Of a stretch of 64,000 bases of DNA, positions 27,345 through 36,909 are shown piece by piece. The stretch spans positions 1 through 64,000 of the IMG/VR virus record IMGVR_UViG_2585427591_000001; one strand, given 5' to 3'. Each line of letters opens with the position of its first letter. Positions within the stretch are counted from its first letter, which is position 1. Both the position numbers and the translations under genes were made by a program. The notes under the pieces are model-generated. The model ran no database searches. It worked only from the letters and a program-made list of their open reading frames with translations, and was not told the DNA's origin. Source of the DNA: a virus (lineage: Duplodnaviria > Caudoviricetes).

Positions 27345-27586
27345 TGGATATGGCCACTGTTACCACCATAGCGCTATGTATCGTCTATGTAGCCATCACG
27401 CTGGCGTTGTTCTTAGAGGGATGTCTCGAAGAGAGATGTCTTCCACCGCTGAAACGTAAAGGCCCCCGCGCTGTTTTGAAGTCTGCGGTAATCCGACCTG
27501 CAGCTGTCGTCTATAGCGTGGCGCTATGTGCCTGCATGTCGTTTGAATGGCTGTATAAGTTAATCGTACGCGAGAGCCGTTTTTAG
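27344..27586 (+). CDS. Hypothetical membrane protein
   Basis: Two hydrophobic segments; coupled. Confidence 0.6.
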   Translation: MDMATVTTIALCIVYVAITLALFLEGCLEERCLPPLKRKGPRAVLKSAVIRPAAVVYSVALCACMSFEWLYKLIVRESRF

Positions 27587-27684
27587 CGAGTCTGGCAGCA
27601 CACCCTAACCGGCATTACTCCTACACATCCTCCAACTGAGCTCGCATATTGCGGGCTTTTGTCATTTTAGAAACAACTTAATTC

Positions 27685-28074
27685 ATGAGGTCCCCTATGT
27701 TTTGCGTACCGGAGCAGTACCGCGTCACATCAGGCCCACTGGCTACAACGGCCGCGGACGGAAACAACGGTCTGTTTGTGATCCCCCGTGCCAACGGTTC
27801 GAAACAGCGACTTAGCATTATCGCCAGCGACGGCGAAGGCTGGGAGCACGTATCCGTTTCAATGAAAGACCGCATGCCTGGCTGGGATGATATGTGTTAC
27901 GTCCAGCGGCTGTTCTGGAGCCCTGAAGCATTGGTTGTTCAATACCACGCCCCGGTGGCCAGCCATATCAATAATCATAAGTACTGTTTGCATATGTGGC
28001 GGCCGGTTGCAGAAACCGTCCCTGTACCACCGGGTTGGATGATCGGTATTAAAGGGATAGAACTGCATGGCTAA
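27685..28074 (+). CDS. Conserved phage protein (WEHVSVS...CLHMW family)
   Basis: GWEHVSVS, PGWDDMC, VQYH and CLHMWRP motifs. Confidence 0.8.
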   Translation: MRSPMFCVPEQYRVTSGPLATTAADGNNGLFVIPRANGSKQRLSIIASDGEGWEHVSVSMKDRMPGWDDMCYVQRLFWSPEALVVQYHAPVASHINNHKYCLHMWRPVAETVPVPPGWMIGIKGIELHG

Positions 28075-28669
28075 GAATCTGTTCACTGTAGAATGGCTTG
28101 AAGGCCATAAAACGCGTATGGCTGGCGCTGGAAGGAAGGAAAAGAGCATTTCCGATAGCCCCACCATAAAAAGCATGACCAGGGCTCACTACTCATCAAT
28201 CAAACGTTCCCCGCATCTTGTCGCGTTAAACATGCTTGAGCGTAATCCGTCGCTATTCGAAGGGAATCAGGAACACTGGGAGCAGGTCCGTATCTTCTGG
28301 CATTTTGAACAACACAACCCCGAGCTTTACCAGCTGCTGCATGCGACGCCCAATGGCGGGGCCAGGCAGAAGGCTGTTGCCGGAAAAATGAAGGCGGAAG
28401 GGCAAAAGAAAGGTTACCCGGATACCACACTGGATGCACCGCGAGGGGTATATCACGGTATGCGGTTAGAGCTGAAGTACGGTAAAAACCGTGTTTCGGA
28501 AGAGCAAACAGACTGGCTTACGAAGCTAACAGAGCAGGGATACTACTGCATTGTTGCCTATGGTCACGAAGAAGCCATCACCCAATTCCAGCAATATTGG
28601 CTCTTAAATTCTGGCGAATTCATGCCGGAATTAGACCTCAACAGCTTCATAACCTTGCAAATAAACTAA
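28067..28669 (+). CDS. VRR-NUC domain nuclease
   Basis: HATPNGG...KAEG...GYPD...LELK...SEEQ..W...L...GY. Confidence 0.88.
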   Translation: MAKNLFTVEWLEGHKTRMAGAGRKEKSISDSPTIKSMTRAHYSSIKRSPHLVALNMLERNPSLFEGNQEHWEQVRIFWHFEQHNPELYQLLHATPNGGARQKAVAGKMKAEGQKKGYPDTTLDAPRGVYHGMRLELKYGKNRVSEEQTDWLTKLTEQGYYCIVAYGHEEAITQFQQYWLLNSGEFMPELDLNSFITLQIN

Positions 28670-28672
28670 CAG

Positions 28673-28711
28673 TGCTATACTGCTTTATAAAACCACCTTA
28701 GAATATGGCTA
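28673..28711 (+). promoter_or_regulatory. Promoter of the lpa operon with putative C1 operator
   Basis: Extended -10 TGcTATACT (28673-28681); CTTAGAATATGGCTA at 28697-28711. Confidence 0.7.
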
Positions 28712-28772
28712 ATTAGGGGGGCGATGCATCGGCAATTGATGCCTCGCCCGTCAGCCAGCGGTCGGAGGCAGT

Positions 28773-28991
28773 ATGTTTTTCAGTAAAAAACTGCACTATT
28801 ACGTTTGCTCATTTGCAGGAACTGAGCGCGGCACTATTACATCAGTCGTCCTTCGGTACCCTACCGAAGGCTTCACGCAACCGCGTCAGATCCAGGCGCG
28901 TCGCAACGCTGGCCTACCGGACGATGCGTCCATTTTTTGTGTTTCATATCTCGGCAAAATGAGCCGGAAATATTATGAAACTACAATGTGA
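28773..28991 (+). CDS. Hypothetical protein
   Basis: GGAGG RBS. Confidence 0.7.
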   Translation: MFFSKKLHYYVCSFAGTERGTITSVVLRYPTEGFTQPRQIQARRNAGLPDDASIFCVSYLGKMSRKYYETTM

Positions 28992-29439
28992 ACCCTGCGC
29001 AATGATCACAAGTAAAAACGAAACAGATAACAGTCCGTTTCGTATTAAGGTCACGTCAAAAGAGATTGCTGATCTGCTACTGAGCACCAAGGATTTTCTG
29101 ACCACGCGCGAAGTAGCCAACGAGCTGCGAAAGCGTCACCCCCACCGAATTATCGTTGTTAACGATATCTATAAGCGCCTGGTTGAATTTGTCAATTCAC
29201 CCAACGCACATTGTGTAGTCGACACCTCGACAAGACCGAGGCGTTTCCGTCTATACAATATATATCCCGTGTATTTCGTCGAATTAAGAAGACAATTAAT
29301 GAGAAAAGGTGCGCCCATTGAGGAATTACAATGCATTCCTTCAGTCGCACCTGATGAAGAAAAGAGCAGAAGTGTTAAAGAAATTCTTGCATTATGGGAT
29401 ATGTTAGTAAGTAACCGAAATAGTATTAAGCGTATGTAG
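28975..29439 (+). CDS. lpa: Late promoter activator Lpa
   Basis: VTSKEIAD...DIYKRL...DTSTRPRRF matches recalled P1 Lpa (ITSYEIAD...DVYLRL...DDSTRPRRF); lies upstream of pacA. Confidence 0.85.
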   Translation: MKLQCEPCAMITSKNETDNSPFRIKVTSKEIADLLLSTKDFLTTREVANELRKRHPHRIIVVNDIYKRLVEFVNSPNAHCVVDTSTRPRRFRLYNIYPVYFVELRRQLMRKGAPIEELQCIPSVAPDEEKSRSVKEILALWDMLVSNRNSIKRM

Positions 29440-30358
29440 ATATAGGTTTATTCTTAAATTGATGCAATAAATCTTCATATATCGATAGTTTATGACTGCC
29501 CAGGTGATAACTTAAATATATGGAATATCGTTCAAATGACAATTCATCGGGTAACCAGAGTAACGCTATTTGATTATTACAAAATTGTTTCAACTGAACA
29601 GCAATATTGTATGGGACAATTGAGATAAGGAGACTTTTCCCGATGATATGCACGATATTGTGCAGTGATTCCGAATAATAAACGTCTCTCTGCTTTAACT
29701 TCCCCATGAACTCCGTGTTCAGATCAGTGCTCAGAATGGTGTATCGTGAAGGAATGTTATGCGTAACGCGGCCAGCGGAGTGGAAAGCATAAAGTGAAAG
29801 TTTACCCATCTCTGCGAGAGGGTTTTCCAGACTGCATAGCGCAACATAGTGTTGAAAAGTATCAACGGTATGACATGCGATATCTTTCGCGGTGACGGGA
29901 TGATGGCTAAGCACTATTTCATTTGTAGAGTTATATAGACGTTGTGAAAGTTCAATAGTATTAGTCTTGTTAATCATTTCGACTGAAATACGGAATTTGT
30001 CATGCATTGACAATAACCCTGAAATGTAATGCACCTCACAATAATCGTGAGTGAGGATTCGTAGAAGTGGAGGACAATCCATCTGTTTATTTTCTAGCGT
30101 CTTATTTATTAATGATTCCGCAGCATGAAACGCGGCATCAATTTCAATCGCACGCGCTGTCGGCTTTAAACCAAACTGTGTTCTCGTAAATAATTCCTCA
30201 TTATAAATCCTCTCAAGTTTCTGAAGAGATAGCGTCACGGCCGAAGGCGTTACATTAAGATATTTTGATGCATTCGTGACGTTTCCTGATGTTATTACGA
30301 CGCGCAAAATCTTGAAAAGATTAAAGTCAAAATCACCTGGCTTGTAGCAATAGCGCAT
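29426..30358 (-). CDS. LysR-family transcriptional regulator (AT-rich insertion)
   Basis: DFNLFKIL...NVTNASKYLNVTPSAVTLSLQKLE...LFTR...PTARA. Confidence 0.88.
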   Translation of the reverse strand: MRYCYKPGDFDFNLFKILRVVITSGNVTNASKYLNVTPSAVTLSLQKLERIYNEELFTRTQFGLKPTARAIEIDAAFHAAESLINKTLENKQMDCPPLLRILTHDYCEVHYISGLLSMHDKFRISVEMINKTNTIELSQRLYNSTNEIVLSHHPVTAKDIACHTVDTFQHYVALCSLENPLAEMGKLSLYAFHSAGRVTHNIPSRYTILSTDLNTEFMGKLKQRDVYYSESLHNIVHIIGKSLLISIVPYNIAVQLKQFCNNQIALLWLPDELSFERYSIYLSYHLGSHKLSIYEDLLHQFKNKPISTYA

Positions 30359-30446
30359 AAAATAACCTTCAAAGGAAAATTATAGGAGAGCTATGCTTTA
30401 TGCACGATCTTTATTAAGAGAGTCAACACCCTAACCTCACCAAACC

Positions 30447-30781
30447 TGATCAGCTTAAGTGATCACAAGAAAGATCAAAACAACTGATCATTGATCGGGT
30501 GGAGTTTCTATAAGCTAACCTTCTTAGAATGTGACTAAAGAAGGTTTGGGTGTCATGAATGAGTAGGGATGTCTGGGTTTTTCACATTGAAAACTATGGA
30601 AAAATGGCGCGTGAGACTGGCGTCACTATTGCTGCGTATGCTGAAATCCATGGACTCAATCCGAACACCTGCCGCCGCTACTTCAGGAAGCCAAAAGAAG
30701 GCGATAAGCCCTTAAAAACAATAGCAAAGCCTCAGAAAAAGAAAAAACTGATCACTGATCGCTCTGATGATCTGCTGATCA
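30447..30781. other. Putative pac site: two clusters of GATC hexamers
   Basis: Five GATC in 30447-30497 and four in 30749-30781, mostly TGATCA/G as in P1 pac. Confidence 0.7.
30523..30537 (+). promoter_or_regulatory. Putative C1 operator upstream of pacA
   Basis: CTTAGAATGTGACTA preceded by AACC, as in the copies at 10297 and 28697. Confidence 0.6.
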
Positions 30782-31770
30782 CTAAGGACGAACAAAAAAA
30801 TCAAAAAAAAATAGACCGTAAAATCAAAGCGATAAAGGAGGTGGAAGCGCGCGAGGCCCCACTTTGCGGCGGAAGAGCGTTTTACGATAAAGACGATAAA
30901 TTGATCAGGTACGTTAGCCCCCCGCGTGGCACCACCCGAACCCAGTTTCAGCCCGGCAATAAAGCCAGTGTCGTTTACGGCCGTTACTCCACCCCGACAG
31001 AAGAAGACATCACCAAAGCCCAGGAGTTGATCGAAAACGGAATACTCGATTCACTTGATGAGTTTCTAATTTCCCAGAACCTTGCACACCTCATGTTAAT
31101 TAGTCGGTCACGCGATCGGTCAATCGCCATCTTTGACGAGATGGAAGCAGAGCGGCAGAAACTATTGAACGTGCAGAGCAGCAAGAAGAAGAAAGCTGCC
31201 GATGTTGAAGCGGCCCCGCAGCAAGACGTACCTAACGAGTTCAAAAAGTTGGGCATGCTCGTTAATGCGTCGGAAGCCATTTACGGGATCACTAAAACTC
31301 TCTCCGGGATGCGCAATAGCATTGAAAAACGTAGGCAGGATGATGACCGCCGGGATGTGGAAGAGATGGAACGTGTGATCATTCAGCGCGCATTTGAATA
31401 CCAGGTTAGCGAGTCATGGACCGCATTTCAGACCGCGGCTTATATAGAAAAGCAGGGTATCAAAATACCGGCGACGCTCTTAATGCAGGTGCAGGCCGAA
31501 CTGAAAACCCCACCCCCTGTTGAATCTGGACGTATCGATGAGGACGAGCTCGAACGGCAGGCGCGGGAGTATAAAGACAGGCAGTTGGCCGCCGCGTCTA
31601 ACATCGAGGACCGGCGTAACGCTGTTTCGAACCTGGTTGATAGTGGTGGCTATGGCGACATTGACCAGACTGGTGAAGTGCGCGCGGATATGAACTTCGT
31701 GGAAGAAGAAGACGATGACGACTGGGATGAAGACGCGACAAGCGAGTATTACGACGGGGATGATGATTAA
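30559..31770 (+). CDS. pacA: Terminase small subunit PacA
   Basis: [33 protein letters not shown] and acidic YDGDDD C-terminus as in P1 PacA. Confidence 0.92.
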   Translation: MSRDVWVFHIENYGKMARETGVTIAAYAEIHGLNPNTCRRYFRKPKEGDKPLKTIAKPQKKKKLITDRSDDLLITKDEQKNQKKIDRKIKAIKEVEAREAPLCGGRAFYDKDDKLIRYVSPPRGTTRTQFQPGNKASVVYGRYSTPTEEDITKAQELIENGILDSLDEFLISQNLAHLMLISRSRDRSIAIFDEMEAERQKLLNVQSSKKKKAADVEAAPQQDVPNEFKKLGMLVNASEAIYGITKTLSGMRNSIEKRRQDDDRRDVEEMERVIIQRAFEYQVSESWTAFQTAAYIEKQGIKIPATLLMQVQAELKTPPPVESGRIDEDELERQAREYKDRQLAAASNIEDRRNAVSNLVDSGGYGDIDQTGEVRADMNFVEEEDDDDWDEDATSEYYDGDDD

Positions 31771-33266
31771 TGCCAAGTGGCCGCCGAAAATTACGCTCGA
31801 TTACAAGCGATCCTCGTTACCGGGAGCTGGTCATCAAATACCGGTACAACTGGGGGCTGGCCGCAGTCCACCTGTTTAGTAAAACCCCCACATGGCAACA
31901 AGATGAAATCTTAAATTCAGTGCAGGAGATGGCAAGCCGAACCACTGTTTCGTCCGGGCACGGTACGGGTAAATCAGACATTGCCAGTATTATGGTCATG
32001 CTCTTCCTCATCCTTTTCCCTAATTCACGCGTAGTCCTCGTCGCAACCAAAATCGGCCAGGTTAAAACCGGTATTTTTAAATACATCAGACAAAACTGGG
32101 CTGTTTGTACGCAGCGTTTCCCATGGCTATCTGAATACTTTGTGCTGACAGATACGGCCTTCTATGAAAAAACGCAAAAAGGGTCTTGGGAAGTTATTGC
32201 TAAAGGCTTCCGCCAGGGCAATGAGGAAGCGCTGGCCGGTGAGCATGCAAAGTACCTGCTGTACATAGTCGATGAAGCGTCAGGGGTGAATGATAAAGCG
32301 CTGGGCGTTATCCGCGGCGCACTCACACAAGAAGATAACCGCCTGCTGTTGACGTCTCAGCCTACACGTCCATCCGGTCACTTCTACGACTCGCACCACA
32401 CCCTCAAGAAGTACAAGGGCAATAAGAATGGTATTTACAACGCTATCACGCTTAACAGCGAGGATTCACCGCTTGTTACGCTAAACTGGATACGCGAAAA
32501 GCTGGCTGAATACGGTGGCCGTGACAGCCCCGAATACATGATCAAAGTCATGGGCATGTTCCCATCGAATATGTCTGATTACCTTCTTGGCCACGACGAG
32601 TGTGATCGCGCTGTACGGCGCAAAGTAAAACTCAAGAAGGGCTGGGGCTGGATGGCGTGCTGCGACGTTGGGAACGGTCGGGATAAGTCAGTTATCGGTA
32701 TCTTCAAAGTGTCCGGGTCGCGTGAGAAGCGCCGTGTAGTTCCACACCGCGTCTTGGAGATGCCCGCTGGTGTGGACCCGGTAAAATTCGCAGAAATTAT
32801 CGTGGCTGAATGCCGACATTCAGTGTATCCGAACATCAGTATTGTCATAGATGGAGATGGTGTTGGGGCGGATACTGCCACTCTTGTAGAGCGCGCCGGC
32901 ATGCCCGTTCAGCGCATCAGATGGGGTAAGCGCATGCACTCAAAGAATGACAAATCACGTTTCATTAATCAGCGTGCGTGGGCAAATATCATGGCCCGTG
33001 ACGCGCTGCGTAGCGGCCGCCTGCGACTGGATAACAATCCACTTACTGTTGAACAGGCATCAAAAATACCGGCAATGCTGAACGAACTCGGCCAGTGGCT
33101 CATCATGAAAAAAGAGTACATGCGCACTAAGCTGAATCTCAAATCTCCAGACCGATGGGATGTGTACTGTTTCTCGTTTATCGCGAACTATGTCCCCGCA
33201 AACCAGGACAACTTCTACGATAGTGACGAAGACAGAGAGGCGCGCGAGTATCTCAATGCCGGCTAA
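31770..33266 (+). CDS. pacB: Terminase large subunit PacB
   Basis: SGHGTGKS Walker A, IVDEASG Walker B, CDVGNG and KSPDRWD nuclease motifs. Confidence 0.95.
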   Translation: MPSGRRKLRSITSDPRYRELVIKYRYNWGLAAVHLFSKTPTWQQDEILNSVQEMASRTTVSSGHGTGKSDIASIMVMLFLILFPNSRVVLVATKIGQVKTGIFKYIRQNWAVCTQRFPWLSEYFVLTDTAFYEKTQKGSWEVIAKGFRQGNEEALAGEHAKYLLYIVDEASGVNDKALGVIRGALTQEDNRLLLTSQPTRPSGHFYDSHHTLKKYKGNKNGIYNAITLNSEDSPLVTLNWIREKLAEYGGRDSPEYMIKVMGMFPSNMSDYLLGHDECDRAVRRKVKLKKGWGWMACCDVGNGRDKSVIGIFKVSGSREKRRVVPHRVLEMPAGVDPVKFAEIIVAECRHSVYPNISIVIDGDGVGADTATLVERAGMPVQRIRWGKRMHSKNDKSRFINQRAWANIMARDALRSGRLRLDNNPLTVEQASKIPAMLNELGQWLIMKKEYMRTKLNLKSPDRWDVYCFSFIANYVPANQDNFYDSDEDREAREYLNAG

Positions 33267-34072
33267 GCCTGATCATTGTCATTTTTGGCGCGGGTGAGCC
33301 GGGCTTTATATGACTTATGTTTCTTTTCGGCGCGGCGAACGTCGCGGATATTCTCTTGATAATCGCGCGTTGCAGCTTCAAGCGTTTCAAGGTCATAGAT
33401 TTTCTTGTTGATAAACGCGGCGCAAGGAATTGGATTTATTTCAGAATAAATGGAGAATCCTGGGTTTTCATCACCGTTCGTCACGCCTGAACGATCCAGG
33501 TCTTTCTCGCGTATGAATACACCATGGGAGGGGACGTGAATCTTCTGTGGTTCGCTATTTTCGTGAAAGTAAATATTCATCATCATGTCGCTAAAACCTT
33601 CATGACGAATACGAAATTTCGCTTCCGGGTCGTACTTGCCGAATCGTTCTAAATCAGCAGCAATTGCCGCATGCAATGTTGTGTCGCCAGTCTTAATAGC
33701 ACGGCTCAACGCGTAATTAAGCATGCTGAATAATTTTTCACGCGTAACTGTTTTGGAGTCCACTGCTTTATAGGTATACACCCGCGCAGCCCTGACATTT
33801 GTGAAAAGCAGGGGGAGTGGGTAAATGTCTTTTGAAGTCGTTGGGTATCGCTTCGGATCAGCTTCGAGCAGGGTACTTGCGTATGTTTCCCATTCCTTGA
33901 TTTTACCGGCCCAATACTGAAACTTTTCTTCGGAAACGACTACAACGGGCCTGAATTCAATACCAAAAGAGTCCGCGTCGGTAAAACTTGCAGATTCCAG
34001 TGCTTCAGCTTCAAAGTCGCTTTTGAAAACGATAAACGATTTGTATGTAGTTTCAGTTTTGGTTCTTAACAT
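33263..34072 (-). CDS. c1: Primary repressor C1
   Basis: [30 protein letters not shown] and KIY motifs match recalled P1 C1; convergent with pacB as in P1. Confidence 0.9.
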   Translation of the reverse strand: MLRTKTETTYKSFIVFKSDFEAEALESASFTDADSFGIEFRPVVVVSEEKFQYWAGKIKEWETYASTLLEADPKRYPTTSKDIYPLPLLFTNVRAARVYTYKAVDSKTVTREKLFSMLNYALSRAIKTGDTTLHAAIAADLERFGKYDPEAKFRIRHEGFSDMMMNIYFHENSEPQKIHVPSHGVFIREKDLDRSGVTNGDENPGFSIYSEINPIPCAAFINKKIYDLETLEAATRDYQENIRDVRRAEKKHKSYKARLTRAKNDNDQA

Positions 34073-34209
34073 TCAGCGCACCAATAATAAAAACAAAGAA
34101 AAATGTAACGTTTTTCAATTACCACTTTGTGTAAGATTATAAGTGATCTGCGCGTAATGAAAGAACAAAAGCACTAACTTAGGTAACAAACAGCATCATA
34201 GGCTATTTG

Positions 34210-34416
34210 TTATCGTAAAGTCGTATCATATATTTCATGAATCTGTGCGAGTAATTGTGCGTAACAATCACAATCCCCTTGGCACTCACAATAATAGTCA
34301 GTAGCGTACAGTCTTCCCGAAATCGCCTCTATAAAAGTAGGATCCATCACCGATAAACGCATTTGCATGCGGACGTTCTCAAGCTGAGTCAATGTCAATG
34401 GCTGCTTAGTTTCCAT
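34210..34416 (-). CDS. Small acidic protein at the coi (C1 inactivator) position
   Basis: 68 aa, AAGGAA RBS, upstream of c1; positional assignment only. Confidence 0.55.
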   Translation of the reverse strand: METKQPLTLTQLENVRMQMRLSVMDPTFIEAISGRLYATDYYCECQGDCDCYAQLLAQIHEIYDTTLR

Positions 34417-34618
34417 TGTTGAATTTCCTTATTGATAGGTGATTAGTAGAGACCCAGTAGATCATTATCTTACGCATTCAAGGTAAGGTAATTCCAATCC
34501 ACACAAGGATTAACATTCCGTTAACTCTAATAATTTTCCAGCCGAACAACACATAAAAGCCATGAATAAGTGATATCAAATTGACACACATAGCATCACC
34601 TGATATCACGATTTCTCA

Positions 34619-34652
34619 CAAACATCATATAATAGTAGTTATATTACCTTAA
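34619..34652. other. Candidate lox-type recombination site
   Basis: CAAACATCATATA-ATAGTAGT-TATATTACCTTAA in 13-8-13 layout; arms match loxP arms at 9/13 and 8/13. Confidence 0.5.
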
Positions 34653-34663
34653 CAGTGACAATA

Positions 34664-34678
34664 TAGCCAAGTTCTAAG
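34664..34678 (+). promoter_or_regulatory. Putative C1 operator between the coi-position ORF and cre
   Basis: TAGCCAAGTTCTAAG. Confidence 0.7.
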
Positions 34679-34746
34679 CAGATGACCCTACGTGAATTCT
34701 ATCCGATAGCGGAAGGGTTTACCCTGTAAATTTCAAGGAGCGGAAC

Positions 34747-35754
34747 ATGCAGCTAATCCACCTTCCCACTCAGATCGGCAACACATTAGATGCCGAAATA
34801 ACGCGCAGCCTAAAGAATTTCATAGAAGACAAAGAAGCCTACGCTGATAACACCTGGCGGCAGCTGATGCATGTATTTAGAACGTGGGCGCGCTGGTGCT
34901 GGGACCACGGCTATCCATATCTGCCTATCGAGCCGTCGCATTTGCGGGAATATGTGCTCTTTATGGGTACGCGTTACAGCGTGAACAGCATCACGCAGCA
35001 TATGGCATTGCTCGGCATGCTGCAGCGGCAGGGAAACTTGATCCCCGCAAATCAGCACCCGGACGTGATCCGCGCACTGAAAAAAGTGCGCCGTCTGGCC
35101 GCTGAATCAGGTGAATATACGGACCAGGCAATCCCTTTTTCTATCCACGATTTACGCACCGTGGCCGCAGTCTGGAAAGGTTCAGACAAGCTGGCAGACG
35201 TCCGAAATCTGGCGTTTTTGACCATCGCTTATCACACTCTTTTACGACTGAGCGAAGTGTCTCGCCTGACTGTTCGCGACTTCACTCCCGGTAAAAATGG
35301 CATGGCGACACTGTTTGTCGGCCGCACGAAAACCAACTTATCAGGCGACGGCACGCTCAAAGCGTTAGGCCGTTGGGCAACTGAAATCGTACTGGAATGG
35401 ATTGATAAATCAGGGCTTTCAAACCACCCGAACGCCCTGCTTTTCTGCCCCATTCACCGCACGGGTAAGCCACTAATCACTGAAAAACCGTTGTCGACTA
35501 AAAACATCGAGCGCATATTTTCTTCAGCGTGGGACGCAGTGAACGATGACCGGGAAACCACTGAAACCGGCCGTTACCAGACGTGGACCGGCCATAGTCC
35601 CCGCGTCGGCGCGGCAGTTGACATGGCAGAACGCGGCGTAAGCCTTCCCCAAATTATGCGCGAGGGAGGCTGGAAGAAACCGGAAACAGTTTTACGGTAT
35701 ATCCGGCGCAAGGAGGCCTTCACTTCCGCTATGCTGGACATTGTTGATGAATAA
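34747..35754 (+). CDS. cre: Cre-like tyrosine recombinase
   Basis: AYADNTW, RNLAFLTIAYHTLLRLSE, RTKT, WTGHSPRVGAAVDMA, GGW, RYIR: all catalytic R-K-H-R-W-Y residues present. Confidence 0.93.
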   Translation: MQLIHLPTQIGNTLDAEITRSLKNFIEDKEAYADNTWRQLMHVFRTWARWCWDHGYPYLPIEPSHLREYVLFMGTRYSVNSITQHMALLGMLQRQGNLIPANQHPDVIRALKKVRRLAAESGEYTDQAIPFSIHDLRTVAAVWKGSDKLADVRNLAFLTIAYHTLLRLSEVSRLTVRDFTPGKNGMATLFVGRTKTNLSGDGTLKALGRWATEIVLEWIDKSGLSNHPNALLFCPIHRTGKPLITEKPLSTKNIERIFSSAWDAVNDDRETTETGRYQTWTGHSPRVGAAVDMAERGVSLPQIMREGGWKKPETVLRYIRRKEAFTSAMLDIVDE

Positions 35755-35778
35755 GCCTGAGTGAGCGCAAAATATATT

Positions 35779-35927
35779 TAGCCAAACTCTAAGAGGGAAT
35801 TATTTTGCAATAAGCCGATATTTGCACGATACTGACCAAACCATTTGTTGTTCTCTCCGTAATACTTGATAGGGCCGCCGTTGGCTCAATATGTCGCCGG
35901 GCCGCTGCTTACAGTGGCCCTTTTTTT
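35779..35927 (+). promoter_or_regulatory. Putative C1 operator, promoter and leader terminator upstream of mat
   Basis: TAGCCAAACTCTAAG (35779), TTGCAA-17-GATACT (35805-35833), GGGCCGCTG-ctta-CAGTGGCCC-T7 (35899-35927). Confidence 0.7.
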
Positions 35928-35941
35928 ATACAGGTGACGTT

Positions 35942-36583
35942 ATGGCCGATCGCAAAATACTCGCAGTATGTCTTTCTACCCCAAACCCTGGTTATGCACA
36001 CGCTGCATGGCTCAGGGAACAGCTCCACATCGTCGATTACGTCTCTCTTCCACCCAACAGAAGGGACCTTGACGCAGCTCTGATCCCCGTTCTTGAAAAA
36101 CATCAACGGGATCATCAGATAATGATTGATGACGCCAGCCAGCGCCTGAGCAGTCGTTACGGAATTCCTTTCAGAATGAACGCTATGGATAACAACGGGA
36201 AACCGATGATTATCAGCTCGCTTGAGTTGTACAAGGAGCTCGTTTATCAGTCTGCAATCAGGTACCCGCGCGCCAATGCATCCGCATTTCAGGTGCCGGA
36301 TTCGATTATCGATGAGGAGACAGACCCGCGCGGCAATACTGTATTTCGTGTTGAGTGGCTGTCAGTCACGACTTTTCACATACTCACCCTGCTATGCGTC
36401 CAGGGATCTGTTTACAACGCCGTCGGCACTGCGGCATACATCAATGCAATGACTGCGGCAACGCCAGAAGGCGCTGCTGCGTCCCCGTTGGACCCATTGC
36501 GACGCGTAGTCGAATACCAAGACGAGGTGTCGCAGGTTAAGGGTTCCGAAGCGACGAGCATGAAAGGATGGCGCATATTATGA
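35942..36583 (+). CDS. mat: Particle maturation protein Mat
   Basis: AAW, RRD, NGKP, YKEL, TTFHILTLLC and YINAM match recalled P1 Mat; follows cre. Confidence 0.82.
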   Translation: MADRKILAVCLSTPNPGYAHAAWLREQLHIVDYVSLPPNRRDLDAALIPVLEKHQRDHQIMIDDASQRLSSRYGIPFRMNAMDNNGKPMIISSLELYKELVYQSAIRYPRANASAFQVPDSIIDEETDPRGNTVFRVEWLSVTTFHILTLLCVQGSVYNAVGTAAYINAMTAATPEGAAASPLDPLRRVVEYQDEVSQVKGSEATSMKGWRIL

Positions 36584-36909
36584 GCGTCTTCTCTCGCCTC
36601 GATGACCGCAATGTCGAAGACCCGATCATCCGGGCCTATCTCGATAACGACATAATCAAGCGCAGCGCAAGCTATGACCTCAGCCTCATCACTAAAACCA
36701 TTCTCGAAGATGAAGAGTTCCGGCCGGATCTGGCAGCATTTCGAGTTTATGGAGAAAGCGGCCACCAGCTGAGATGGGTTATCACACTGGTGGCCGGGAA
36801 CATTTCAGAAGACCAGGCGCTGCCAGTCGGCGAAGATTTATACCTGCCTACGGCTACATGGATAAGAGACCGGATCCGCCACTGGTCAACGCGCGCGGAG
36901 CATGAATAA
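36580..36909 (+). CDS. Baseplate protein gp26-like
   Basis: EEFRPDLAAFRVYG...LRWVI...LPVG..LYLP..WIRDRI. Confidence 0.8.
   Translation: MSVFSRLDDRNVEDPIIRAYLDNDIIKRSASYDLSLITKTILEDEEFRPDLAAFRVYGESGHQLRWVITLVAGNISEDQALPVGEDLYLPTATWIRDRIRHWSTRAEHE

Noticed and set aside
34464-34492. Inverted repeat ATTATCTTAC-9-GTAAGGTAAT as an alternative lox site
   Set aside because: Odd 9-bp spacer and only 10-bp arms; more likely an RNA hairpin or regulator site.
34521-34537. TTAACTCTAATAATTTT, a 13/17 match to the P1 C1 operator
   Set aside because: It lacks the TAGCC half shared by the other copies and the context is AT-rich, so it was not counted as an operator.
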